Below, piece after piece: positions 27,873 to 39,799 of a stretch of DNA of 64,000 bases (within the stretch, counting starts at the first letter, position 1; each line of letters begins with the position of its first letter). A model generated the notes under the pieces. The model had not been told where the DNA came from, did no database searches, and saw nothing but the letters and a program-made list of their open reading frames with translations. A program made the translations under genes and the position numbers. This DNA is from Ginglymostoma cirratum (taxonomy: Eukaryota), in NCBI GenBank assembly GCA_024137785.1, contig JAHRHZ010000035.1:15278856-15342855 (forward strand). The letters run 5' to 3'.

Positions 27873-28574
27873 ACGGCACAGTGAACAGCGCCTCCGCTCG
27901 AGCACCATTTTACAGCGGATATCACCAACGGGAATAAGGCAACTTTTTCTCAACAGAACCCCACACACCCATCTGCCTCCCCTTTTATAACGCAGCCAAT
28001 ACAACAGAGGAAGAGTTTCTCTCCAAATTGCTATCACTCTTAGAAAGCGTCTTGAAGGGCATGTTGCACTCCTCTTAGGTTCGTGCTGCACAAGTTAACA
28101 GAAGCGGGGGGAGCAGAGCTGGTTGTTGCAAATATTCGAAGGGATTGGTGGATGTTCACAGACAGCTGGAAATGCAGCCTTGCCTTCACAGTGAGGCAAT
28201 CACTCGGCGAAACATTTTGTCAGCTGCCGTTTGGATTTTACGGGCTCCAATCTATTGATAACGAGTGGGTTCAATCTCTTAAATCGCTTTGGGCTTCAGC
28301 ATGTTGGAGGAGATAAATATGTGTCTGTCAGATAACCCCGTGGATCAGACAGAACGTGTCTGAGACTTGCTGCTCCCACACAGAATCAATAGGGACGGTG
28401 ATTACATGTGAATGAGGGGAAAAAAACCTCCTTGGAGATATACAGCACTCATGCATACACACATACACACAACAGTGGGATTAACCTTTACCAATAACCA
28501 GTGTTCCTCATTGTCCTCTCAGTATCCCCTCTAACCTGTATGTCCCGGTTCATATGTTAAATAAAAAAGGATAT

Positions 28575-28840
28575 GGCCACTCGGTTATTCTTTTGGCGTA
28601 TTTCCGTATGATATTATCCTCACTGAATATAAAAAGTGATCTGTTGACTGTGAAACAGTTCTGACGGACGGGGATGGGGTTGTAAAGGGCCATAGTCCGG
28701 GCTCTTTGAGCCATGGATTTGGAGCCATACATCCCTCTCTGGGCGGCCTGCGGTCCCCCTTGGCGGCTCGCCCCTCTCCCCCCGCCGGCAGGACCTCCGC
28801 CTCCATACCGAGCGGACACGTCGTCTCCGAAGCGAGCCAT
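28575..28840 (-). CDS. CACNA1B: Cav2 calcium channel alpha-1 subunit (N-type, Cav2.2), coding exon 1
   Basis: ATG at 28840 gives [88 protein letters not shown]+CC (266 nt), ending at a U12 donor [18 protein letters not shown] and KYAKRITEW favour CACNA1B over CACNA1A (CLTV, KYAKK), although the extreme N-terminus is also 1A-like. Confidence 0.9.
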
Positions 28841-29860
28841 TCTGGAAAAGTAAACCACACGTTAAAATCCCACCTCAGATTAAACACAGGAGGAAGACGC
28901 ATCACCAACGCACAGTTCTCCTCTTCCTGGGGTCGCGGGCTGTGTACATCAGGATGGGGAGGAGGTGAGTGGGGAGGTCGGGGCGTGGGGGGTGGGGAGG
29001 GAGAGGAGAGGAGAGAAAGGACACGAGATGGCTCTCTCAGCGAATTTAAAATCTTCTGGCGAATTTAGACGGCGCCAAGGCAAATATTCGGTCTCATTCC
29101 CATAAGTTCCACAGAGGATTCAGCAAACATCCAGAGCAACAATTGAACAATCCGACATCGCGCCGTCCTCAGGAATACATCTCTTTCTCTCTCCTCTCTC
29201 TCTCTCTCTCCTTCTCTCTCTTTCTTTCAGGTTGGATATTGGAGAACAGGGGCCGCCACGAATACTCAAGCAGCTGTCAATTTCCAGATGCTGAAAGTGA
29301 CCAGATTTGCCAATTTCAAGTCCCTTATAGAAACCTACCCATGTGATTCCTGGTAGCCAATCAGCAAGAACACTCCACCCTTTTTTTATTTCCGAATCAT
29401 TTCCACTAGTGGGTTGGGTTGCATCATTTCTTTTGCTGCCTCTTGAAAAGAGAGTGGGGGTGGGGGCAAGGGGGAAGGGGGTGGAAAGGCTGGAGTCAAG
29501 AATAGTTCCCTGGCACGTTCTGCCAATGCTGAAGTAGGCACTCCAGGGCTGCAGCCAGCTTGCTTGCTGATGGGGTGAGATGCCTGAGAAACAGAGGCTG
29601 CCAACGAGGAACAAAGCAATCCCAACAAAGACAGGCGTGTCCAGCGTGCACCCGCACCGTGCACTCTCTCTCTCACACACACACACACACACAGGGGAGC
29701 AACAACACGTTCACACTGCCAGCCCGCCCTGCTACATGAAACTTTCACGCAATCTCGAAGTTAATTCGCTCCTAAAACGCCGCCCGTGTGAGCTCCCACC
29801 CTCCAAAGGCAGAGATGGTTTCTCAGCACTCCTTTTTTCTCTCTAATGAGGCAGGCGAAT
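28650..29860. promoter_or_regulatory. GC/CpG-enriched promoter and 5'UTR region of the Cav2 gene
   Basis: Marked rise in CpG and GC over the AT-rich background around exon 1. Includes a G-tract cluster (about 28955-29003), (CT)n at about 29181-29228 and (CT)n(CA)n at about 29664-29692. Confidence 0.65.
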
Positions 29861-30885
29861 TATTGCCCCTTCTAATTATCTTCCTTCCATTCACGCCATT
29901 CGATTTATTCCAGGATGGTCCTGTGAATAACCTCAACCCGAGCTCTTTCAATTTTTTTTGTTAAAAATCAACAGGTTTCCAAGAAACAGGTTACTCACAA
30001 AGGGTGAGCTCTTTCTTTCTTTCTCTCTCTCTCCCCTTTGTGTTTTGCAGCCGAGATAACAAACTGAGAAGCATTCAGAAAGACAGACGCCCACTTAACC
30101 TGGACATGGACTGGGTGGAGTTGTTTGTGGGAGAATCATCCCGGCTGAAATCTAAACCGTTCCAAACCTGCTCCAGAAATGACTGACCAAAGGCAACTTA
30201 ATGCCACTCAGTTCAGAGGTGTACTTTCTTTTTAACAAAATGTCGTATTACTATGTTAATGTAAATCAAGGTCTTCAAATGTGACGGTTTGATTAAGAAC
30301 CATTTAAAACAACGCAACAAATAAAAGTTGGGAGAGGTCATGTGGGACAGTATTATTGCTTCAAGTCCCATCTCAGGATGTGTTGGCCATAGTGCTTGTC
30401 CTATCATACCCAAAAACATGTTGATTAAAAAAAGATTGCAAACGCCCAGTTCATCTCCATGTGGACTAGACTCATTACAGTGAGCAGGTGAAACTGTGAC
30501 AGATACCAGATCTCGAATTTGAAGCAAGTCCTTTTGGAGGTTTGAGACTGAGTTGGCTTCAATTCTGACTGTTCAGCACTAGAAACAATGTCCTGGAGGC
30601 CAGAGGCAGCCAGAAGACTGGACAGGAAATGATGAGAGCTATAGAACAACCAGCCAACCATTCCATAGCCTGTCATACGTTACAACCAAAAAGTAACAAT
30701 ATCCTCCCGGTACAAGAAAAAGTAAATCAGAATTTAATCATTAAATGGAATCAAAGCAGCAATGACGCATTACAAAATTACAACAGGCAACTTCAAATTC
30801 CAACAATTGAGTCACGACGTGTTGTCTCCATATCAAGTTGAACATAAAAGTACTCAAACCCAACTCAGTTATTCAAACCAGTGCC

Positions 30886-31235
30886 ACAGAATCCCTACAG
30901 TGTGGAAACAGGCCATTCAGCCCAACGAGCCCACAATAACCCTCTGAAAAGCATCCTACCCAGGCGCATCCCCCGACCCTATCCCTGTAACGCTGCATTT
31001 TTAATGGCTAACACACCTAATCTACACATCCCTGAACACTATGGGCAACTTTAGCATGGCCAATCCGCTTAACCGGCACATCTTTGGACTATAGGAGGAA
31101 ACTGAAGCACCCAGAGGAAACCCATGCAGACACAGGGAGAATGTGCAAACTCCACACAGACAGTTGCCTGATAGTGGAATCAAACCCAGTTTTCTGGCAC
31201 TGGAAGGCAGCAATGCTAACCACTGAGCCAACATG
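30886..31235 (-). mobile_element. HE1-type SINE, full length
   Basis: Reverse complement has the tggctcagtggttagcattgctgcc head, core and ttccacactgtagggattctgtg tail. Confidence 0.88.
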
Positions 31236-31699
31236 ATACCCAGATTTCATGTTAGCTCCAGGACACCCTGTGAATAACCAAGTGTAGTTAAACCTCAATA
31301 GAAATGTGACATTGTAAACCAGGGCTTTGGTTCTGTCTGATGCACTCAAAACTGTATAATTTGAGGGTCCTTCACTTACATCTGAGATGCACCAGGGTGC
31401 AAGAAAGCTTAATCTGAATGCAGGTCACCTTACACAGTTGGGTCTCACCAAACCTCACAGGAATTTAGAAACTGCTAGTAGCAAGTAATCTATGCCCCAA
31501 AATAAAAAAAGAGCTATCTGAATAGTAAAGTTCTGCACAAGCAAACACCCAACTCAGCAGTAACAGGAACAGGAGTAGGCCACTAAATTCCAATAGCACA
31601 TTGCCCTATTGATCAGATCGTGGCTGATCTGCAGCTCAACTCCATTTATCTATACTTGCTCATTATCCATGGCAATGCTGCCCAATGTCAAACCTCTTT

Positions 31700-32115
31700 G
31701 GGGTAGCAGCAAAAAAAAGGAAGGGAAGAGTAAATGGTGAAGGGGCAGTTGAGGATGCGCAGATAAGAAAATCAGGGAGAGAAGAGGCTTAGAGGAGAGG
31801 ATGCTGAGGGTGGGTTGAGTGAAAGGGAAAGAATAGATTGGAAGAGGAGAGTATGAAGGTGGTGGAGTAGAGGGCAAGAAGAATAGAGTGTGAGGGAGTA
31901 GAGGGTGAGGGGAGAGCAAAGGTTTAGGGGAAGTAGAGGGTGAGGGGTTGAGGGTGGGCTAAGTCCAAGGGAAAGAGGTGGAGTGGATGAGGGGTGGAGA
32001 GGGTGAGGAATGAATAGAGGATGAGGATGGATGATAGAGATGACAGAGGGAACAGTAGAGGTGAGGCTAGAGGAGGTATATTTGCAGACAGTAGAGTGAG
32101 AGAGAGGGGAGAGAG
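31700..32115 (+). repeat. Purine-rich (G/A) low-complexity tract interrupting a minus-strand CR1 3' fragment
   Basis: About 400 bp of degenerate gagggtgagg/agtagaggg units; CR1-like sequence at about 31550-31690 and 32120-32330. Confidence 0.65.
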
Positions 32116-32689
32116 TACTCCATATTGCTCCTTCCAATTGACATATCAAAGTATTTCCTTATTCCCATCTGAACAACCAAGCTCCTGAGATGACTCCTAA
32201 TGTTCTTGGTTCTCTTGCCAGAGGAAACTGCTGTATCAACATTACAAAATCCTTTTACATTTAAAAAGCCTCAATTAGTCAAACACAATTTTCTAAACAG
32301 TAGGAATTACAGGCCAAGTTTGTTATTAATCTCTACTATTTGTCACCTATCTGGTCTATTAGCTGTACAGGACTATGCACGACCGTGTGCCACCATTAAT
32401 GTATTGCCATTCCGACTGGAAAGATTTTGTACATCCGCTGGGAAGCAGCTCAGATTTAACAAGTCTTTTGATTACAGAATATCTGTAAAATATCCAAAAC
32501 ATGAGATAACGTTTGGTTTTCTTCACTCAGAATAAATCCTATATGATACAGTTCAATTTTCTTTTTGTTTTAAATGGGATGTGAGGATTCCAACATTTGG
32601 TGTCCATTCCTAATTGTCATAGAATTGAGTGGTACGCTCAGCTACTTCACAGACTTTTAAACGTCAAACTATTTCCTGTGGGTCTTGAA

Positions 32690-33010
32690 AAATACGTATC
32701 AGTAGGCTATTTTGCCTTTCAAGCCTGTTCTGCCATTCACCATGATCAAGACTGATCCTCTATCTCAATGCCATATTCCTGCTTTGTCTCCATATCTATT
32801 AAACCTTTAAGAACTAAATGTTTATCAATCACTTTCCTGAATGTGCGCAGACCTGGCCTCCACAGCTTTTTGTGATTTCAAATTCCACAGATTGATTACT
32901 GCTTGAGTGAAGAAATGTTTCCTCATCTCTGTCCTAAACGACTTGCCACAAATCTTTGAATTGTGACATCTGGTTCTAGACTCCCCAGCCAGGAAAACAT
33001 CCTTCCTGCT
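32690..33010 (-). mobile_element. CR1 3' end nested in a family C SINE (32572-32687 and 33010-33073)
   Basis: gcctgttctgccattcaccatgatcaagactgatc...gaagaaatgtttcctcatctctgtcctaaa. Confidence 0.65.
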
Positions 33011-33761
33011 TCTAGGGCATCAGGACTCTGGATTACTGGTCTCGTGACATTACCACCATCACGCCATTTCCCCTAGGATAGGTCTTAGAGATCTTTAATG
33101 CATTGTACTGAATTCATCATAAAAATGCAGCACAATTAATATTATTGCTCAGAAGTGCCTCTTCTCATAATTCAGTGATCAAGGATCTGGTGCCAATTCA
33201 TAGCAGCACACTAGCCAACTCTGATAAGCAACCAGTATGCATTTTTCAATCAATTTAAGAATTGTATGGAGAACCAAAGACAATATAATTTTCTCAGCCA
33301 AATGCAGCTGACCTTGTGTACCATATTTTTGGGAACACTTTTCTTTAACTCATTTTTCTTAAATTTATATTTGTATTTCGCAATATCATAAAAATTATTC
33401 TTATGGTGGAACATATTTATAACACTCAGAGATAAATTTCACACAGCAAATATTTCACTTGTTTATTTATTAAAAGATACTTTCATAAGATTATTCCAAT
33501 TGACAAGTTAATTCTAACAACTAGATTATTAATTATGACTGCTAATTTTCACATGCAACTGACTACAAATTGACATCTCAAAATTATCTATGAACTAAAA
33601 ACATTTATAAGCTCATATGTAAACGCCTTTTAGTTTCTGAGTGTTTCAATTTTAAAATAACTACAGCACAGCTTTATGTTTTGAAGGAGATGAAGGTTAG
33701 TTTATTACACAACAATTGCTGCAAATTACTCAAGTGCAAAAAAAAACTTCTTTTAAAATTC

Positions 33762-34113
33762 ATTGATAATGGCTGATGCTGACTAGGCCAATATTTATTG
33801 CCCATCCCTAAATGCCTCTTGACTGGCTTGCTAGGGACATTTCGGAGGGCAGTAATGAGTCAATCACACTGTTGTAGGTCACCTATGGGCCAAAATAGAT
33901 AAGTGCAAGAGCTCTCCTTCCCGAAAAGGGTTTAGTGAACCAGGTGGGGTTCTACAACGATCAACCATAGTCATATGACCACCATTAGGCTAGATTTTAA
34001 TTCTAGATTTTTTTATCGAATTCAAATTTCACCTTTGGCCATGTCCCCTCAACATTAGGCTGGGCCTTTTGAATATTAAACTGTTGACATTGCTACTCTT
34101 CCACCATCTCCCC
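33762..34113 (-). mobile_element. tRNA-derived SINE family C
   Basis: Homologous to 44975-45308. Confidence 0.65.
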
Positions 34114-34230
34114 GTTAACAGTTATTTGGTAAAACACAAAGCATTAAAGTTAATAAGGATAAAAGGCATGTTTGAAAATGAACAAAGAAGCAGTATCTAA
34201 TATCATTTAGGTCAGTCTTGCCTGAATATT

Positions 34231-34458
34231 GAGATAACAAGGTGAAGAGCTGGATGAACACAGCAGCCCAAGCAGCATCAGAGGAGCAGGAAAGCTGACA
34301 TTTCGGGCCTAGACCCTTCTTCAGGCCTTTTCTGAAGAAGGGTGCAGATCCGAAATATCAGCTTTCCTGCTCCTCTGATGCTGCTTGGCCTGCTGTGTTC
34401 ATCCAGCTGTACACCTTGTTATCTCAGATTCTCCAGCATCGGCTGCTCCTACTATCTA
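34231..34458. mobile_element. Fold-back Penelope-like element (inverted arms of about 95 bp plus 3' tail)
   Basis: Arms 34230-34324 and 34332-34426; tail gattctccagcatcggctgctcctactatct; TSD ttgcctgaatatt (34218-34230) / ttgcctgaagatt (34459-34471). Confidence 0.85.
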
Positions 34459-36680
34459 TTGCCTGAAGATTCTGTTTTTCTGAAGTGACAACATAAAAAC
34501 TTGGCATCATTTTCAGTAGCTGTGATGATTTCTGTAGTCAAATACTTAGCAGCTGCTTCTACAGGCCTTGGGAGTGAGTGAAAACTGCTTTGTTTCGTTG
34601 TATGGTACTTCAAGTTCAGTACAACAATCCTGGATACCTCCCTCTGTCTTCCTGTTGAGAAGCAATCACTGTTTCAAGAGGCCTCTCTCATGGTCGGGGT
34701 TCAGATGGTTCTCCTTAAAATGGCTTGTTTCCAGCCAGCTTTATCACAAAATAGCTGCAAATGTTAATTTTGATGAATTGTTGTTCCACAAAATAAAATA
34801 AGCTATGCTGAACTTCCTTAGGATGTACCGCTAGTCTCTTGTTCACCACTCCAGAACATTTGAGTCTTCATATTATTTTAGGTTTGAATGGGCAATTTCA
34901 GGAGTCTTAAATTATTTAATGGCCTTTTGTGATTAATTCTTAAGCCAGTGCGGCCTGACCTCTGCTTTTTGCTTCAGTTGAATCCACAAGAGAAGTTATG
35001 TGGCATGCAGAAGCCATTTTGTAGGACTTCCTTTGTCCATTTCTTTACAAAGTACACAGTTTCACGACTATACACCTATGATAGAAAGGAATGTGTGGGA
35101 AAATTTGTTTTAAACAGTCTAGATAAATCTACAAAAATTATATAGGGTAAATACTGCAAAGTATACTGTATTATTCTGTCCAGTTACTCTAGTTTTTAAT
35201 TTATTGATCTACATGTAAATATACTAGTTGTTAAAAAATAACCTCACAAAAAATCAACAGTTGATTCAATTTCAAGCCAATTTCTCCTCAAATACAGCAA
35301 TCTACCTCAAGTCTGAAAAGGCAGTTAAGGGTGTGAACGAGCAGGTTCTCTGCTGGTAGGTTTTATTTAAGGCAAAGCTGCATTATTATTTAAGTGACTT
35401 ATGCAGTAAACAAGGTATAACAGTGATGTGTATACCCCTGCATTATGTTTCTGTTACTTAGTTTGTGTTTTTACACTGATTATCTGGATCTCTTGATCAT
35501 CCAAAATATTTAATCATTTGACACATTCCTGGTCCCATAGGTGCTAGATAATAAAAAGGTTACTGTATATGGTTTGACTTTGAATCAACAATTGCAATAT
35601 TCAGATTCTACATCTGTCAGCAAGGATCTTTCTATTTAGTTGGTTAAGGACAGTAGACGGTTGCTTTCCCTGTTCACACAGGTACCAAATACCCATGCAG
35701 TGCTTACCAAGTCATTTTGCATTTCTGATAGCCATACATTCAAATGCAAAATCCATGAATCTATTGATGGGGGATAAAATAAGTTACTAAATACTTCTCC
35801 TGAGAGGAAATTCCATGAAGTATAAAGTCCTGTCCCTTAAGTAACCACTTCAATATTTTGCCATTGTGATATAACATTAGGATGTGTGAAGGAAAAATAA
35901 TTCAATAGCAATGAAGAAATAACATGATATCATTGCGTAAAAGGGGAGTGAGCTATTAGTAGATAATTGATCAAAAGTGCATTTGACAAAAAACAAACAC
36001 GAGTAATTCATAGCATCAAAATAAAACCAAGATGATTCATTGATATTAATTATTAACACAGAATAACATACAAAAATTATTGTTCTATACATTTCATGTG
36101 CTTATGTTGGTAATGAGAGAAGTTATGACAAATATTTATTGAATAATTGAACACAAATGATATTAGTAACTGTAAATGAAGTCTATGATAGGAACTGTCA
36201 CGTACCTATCCATTAATGAGTACCATATATTGTCCTGAAAATGTCATAAAGTATTATAGCTGTACTATCCCAAACAGGGAACAGCTTCGCAATTCAATAA
36301 TAGATACATATCTCTCATTAACTATTGGGAAAAAATGGCACTCTATGGCTGTTATTATTCATGTCATAACTGTAACGTTTTAACGTCAGTAACTGTGTTC
36401 CTTAACATTCTTCAATTTCTGAGTTTTAGACATAATTCTGAGAAATTTTAATTACAGCATTGAGTCAGTGTTGATTCTCCTTTGATGGAATGCACTCAAG
36501 AATAGTGAAAGAAGGCTGTAATAATTCAGGAAATCTGACTGGAAAGGAACATCATTTATTGGCGAACACCAAAATAAAGCCACTTCTCACGATAAGGTAG
36601 ACCAGACCATGACAGACATCTCTGTGTCTGCTCTTTTTAATTTTTTTTTTCCTTTTTTTATATCTGGAAGTGATTTTAAA

Positions 36681-36856
36681 CACAACTGAATTTTTTTTTC
36701 TCCCCACCACCAAATCACCATGACTTCTTTTCTTCTTAACTATTAACCTGGGTTTGCTTTATTCATTTCTTATTTCCAGAAGTGTTGTCACACAAACTGA
36801 ACAGTTTTCCCACCATCAAATCACAATAACTTCCTGTTTTGTTTATAACTATTAAC
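36681..36856 (+). repeat. Degenerate tandem duplication (period about 110 bp)
   Basis: cacaactgaa...cccaccaccaaatcaccatgacttc...taactattaac recurs as cacaaactgaa...cccaccatcaaatcacaataacttc...taactattaac. Confidence 0.6.
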
Positions 36857-37352
36857 GACTGGGTACTGGGTCTACTTATTTTAAATCAACCTGCTCAGAA
36901 ATTTTATGACACATTTCTAGAGCAAGTGGGACCTGAATCCAGACCTTTTGGCTCAGAGATAGGGACACTATCACTGCACTATAAGAGCCCCTAGGATTTG
37001 CTGTTTTTTTATACTTGAGACTGCTTTATAAAGGGCTCAGGTGATGAGTTTCAGCTGGGCAGGCCATTGCCTGTTACTGAGAGAACTCATACTCATCGAG
37101 CTCCATGAGGAAATTAATCAATGATTCCCCACGAGCCCTGTCAGGGTTATCACAGGAGGGATACTTGTCCTTCATTATTTTTCATCAAACAAAGATTGAA
37201 AATTATTTGTGTAATTTTTAAAATATATTTTCATTCTAGGACATGTCACTAAAAATATTAGCATTTATTGTCCTTCACAATTGTCTGATGTTTTACACAA
37301 CTGGGTGGCTTGCTAGACCACTTTAGAGGTAGCTAAAAGTCAATTGCTTCGG

Positions 37353-37838
37353 TATTCAGAGAAGGCTTACTAGATTAATTCCAGAAGTGAAAGGCTTGTC
37401 TTATGAGAACAGATTAAGTAGTTTTGGCTTATACTTATTAGAGTTTAGAAGGATGAGAGGATTGACGTATATAACGTGCAAAAAGGATTGACAAAGTAGA
37501 CGTAGAGCAGATGTTGCCCCTTGTAGGGCAAGTTAGAATGAAAGGTCATTGTTTTAGACTAAGGGGTGGCAGGTTTAAAATAGAGATGAGAAGAAATTAT
37601 TTCTCTCAAAGGTTTGTGAATCTGTGGAACTCCCCTAGAGTGCTGTCGATGCCAGCACAATGAATAAATATAAGGAGGAGATTGACAGATTATTAAGTAG
37701 CAATGGGTTGAAGGGTTATGAGGAGCCGCAGGAAAGTGGAGTTGAGGCCAAGATGAGTCAGCTATGATTATATTGAATGGCGGAGCAGAGTCAAGGTGCT
37801 GAATGCCTCCCCGGCTCCTAGTTCTTATGTTCTTATGT
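37353..37838 (+). mobile_element. CR1 LINE 3' portion nested within a family C SINE
   Basis: QRRLTRLIPEVKGLSYENRLSSFGLYLLEFRRMRG ... EMRRNYFSQRFVNLWNSP; tail ttcttatgttcttatgt. SINE halves lie at about 37230-37352 and 37840-37880. Confidence 0.85.
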
Positions 37839-39799
37839 ATTTGGCTGGAGTCACATTGAAGCCACAGCAGGTAAGAATATAAGACAATTCAAATTAGATT
37901 AGACACATGACATTTTGAATTACGGACTGATTTGGTTCATATAATTGTGAAAAAAGACAATAATTGGGCAGAGTGATCTTTTCAACTTTCTTAACGATTC
38001 AAGTAAGAGCTAAATAAATTGAAATTAAGATGCAGTCATGTAAGTGGTGAAAAGAAATATGGCTGATAAACTTCTCAGATTTGAGAAATCATTTGACAAT
38101 GTCTCCCCACATAATAACTCATGAAATTAAGGAAAATTTCCATAGTGGCTTATTGCAATAGTTTGATGATAGACTACAAAGTTGTGACATATGGGTCGAC
38201 AGGCCTTACCACTGGAGCTTCTGCTACTGTACAGGTAGATTATTCAGGTTTACAAATAAAACAAGTGCGATCTTATTTTTGGAAAGCTTGAGATAACAAA
38301 GAGTGGAATATTGTTTAACAGGCTTTACAGAGTCTGAATATTGGGAAGGATGAATAGGTAAAGAAGAGGTAGAGGAGTGTTGTCCTAAAAAAAACACTGA
38401 AAAGAATTGTAAGGCGGAATATCAGCACACACGGTAGAGATCCCGAACCTGGAGGTTCTAAAAAATGCAATATTGATATCTATAAATATATTTAAACTTT
38501 ACATCCTTTAGATAATCGAAAAATGAGCTTTTAGTTGTTCATTCTTTTGCTTCACTGGCATGTGCTAACAAGTACTCAGAAATAATTACAAACGCACAAC
38601 TTTTACTGAACATTGCGAGTTTTTGTAAACCTAGGATCACCCTGATATGAATCTAAAGAACTCTGTAGGTCAGACAGTTCTGATAGATAAACCTCAGGGC
38701 ACTATAAAATATGCAATTGCTAGATTGGCACTGTAGCACAACTTACAATGGCATCACAACAAGAGAACAATATAAAACATTTGGGCAGCTGCCAAAATAT
38801 GTACACTGGAAACACGTGGGGAAAGCTTGTTAAAAACATTATTAAAAACACACGCAAATGTAAACTTGTTATTTTGATCGAAACAGATGGCTGGTAATTG
38901 ATGAGCCATGAATTAAAAAAAAACCTGACGTGCACTGCACATAACCCATTCACACCTGCAGTGCTTTGTTATCCAGTTGTGGATTTTGGTCTCTTTTCTC
39001 CATTTTTGGTTTCATCATCTCCATTATAATAAATACTATTATAGAAAATACTTACCCAAAATCTTTTTATCAGCTTAGCTTAAAAAAAACAAAGGTCCCA
39101 CTGTTTTGCAGATCCCTAGTTTCGTTCTTTCTTGGCACTTCCAAAATGAACAATATTCCTTACTTCCAGAGGACAATTCCGATCATTGACGTACCCAACA
39201 ATGACTTATTGAGTCTTCTACTTGCCCCTTTTTTTCTATCTTGTTGGAGGTTCACACAGTGGATTTGGGCTTTTGCTTCATTTTCACAAGAAATTAAAGG
39301 CAAGTATCATGTCATCAATTTTGGTTCTGTAACCATGTTCCATTGCAAGGAAAAGCCATTCATTTGCAAAGCTTGCCTGCCTCATCAAGCCATTTATTCT
39401 TCTGGAGCTTGCATCATTTTTTAGAAGATGATTATTCAAAATTTATTTTGCTTACACTCACTATGTGCTAACCGATAAGGATATTTGTTTAAAAGAAAAT
39501 CCGAAAGACAATGTCCTGAATTTTAATGAATAAAGTATATTTTAATTGGTTCATACAAGGTGCAGTAGCAAATGCTGTGCCTTGTTCTGCTGCCCTAATT
39601 AATGGGCTGAAGGTACATTTCAACAGTCATTTTCTTTTGCTATCTCCGCACACCCAAATTAAACAGAATTGATTAACATTAGGGAAGATGTGAATTTAGA
39701 GAAATCATTTATATCAGTAGAATGCAAAACTTGGGCGCAGTTCTGTAATTGCATGGAAAAGGTGTGTATTTGGGCATATGCACATAAATGTCAACACAA

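Larger units (their letters stand above)
27037..28574 (-). other. CACNA1B: U12-dependent (minor spliceosome) AT-AC intron 1
   Basis: 5' splice site ATATCCTTT from 28574; branch site TTCCTTAAC at 27054-27046; terminal AC at 27038-27037. Splicing restores the conserved EWPPFEY. Confidence 0.95.

Noticed and set aside
28841-28858. ORF-track N-terminal extension MVYFSR before MARFGD
   Set aside because: Starts at a non-ATG codon; Cav2 homologues begin at M(A/V)RFG, and the ATG at 28840 has good Kozak context.
29120-29846. Overlapping 64-190 aa ORFs in the promoter region
   Set aside because: Driven by GC richness and CA/CT microsatellites (MCVCVCERE, RERRRRERE); no recognisable domain.
31650-32149. 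Pro/Leu/Ser-rich ORFs
   Set aside because: Artefact of the G/A low-complexity tract.
38966-39424. 152-aa plus-strand ORF
   Set aside because: Non-ATG start, no homology recognised and no convincing splice sites; may be the antisense shadow of a decayed minus-strand exon.
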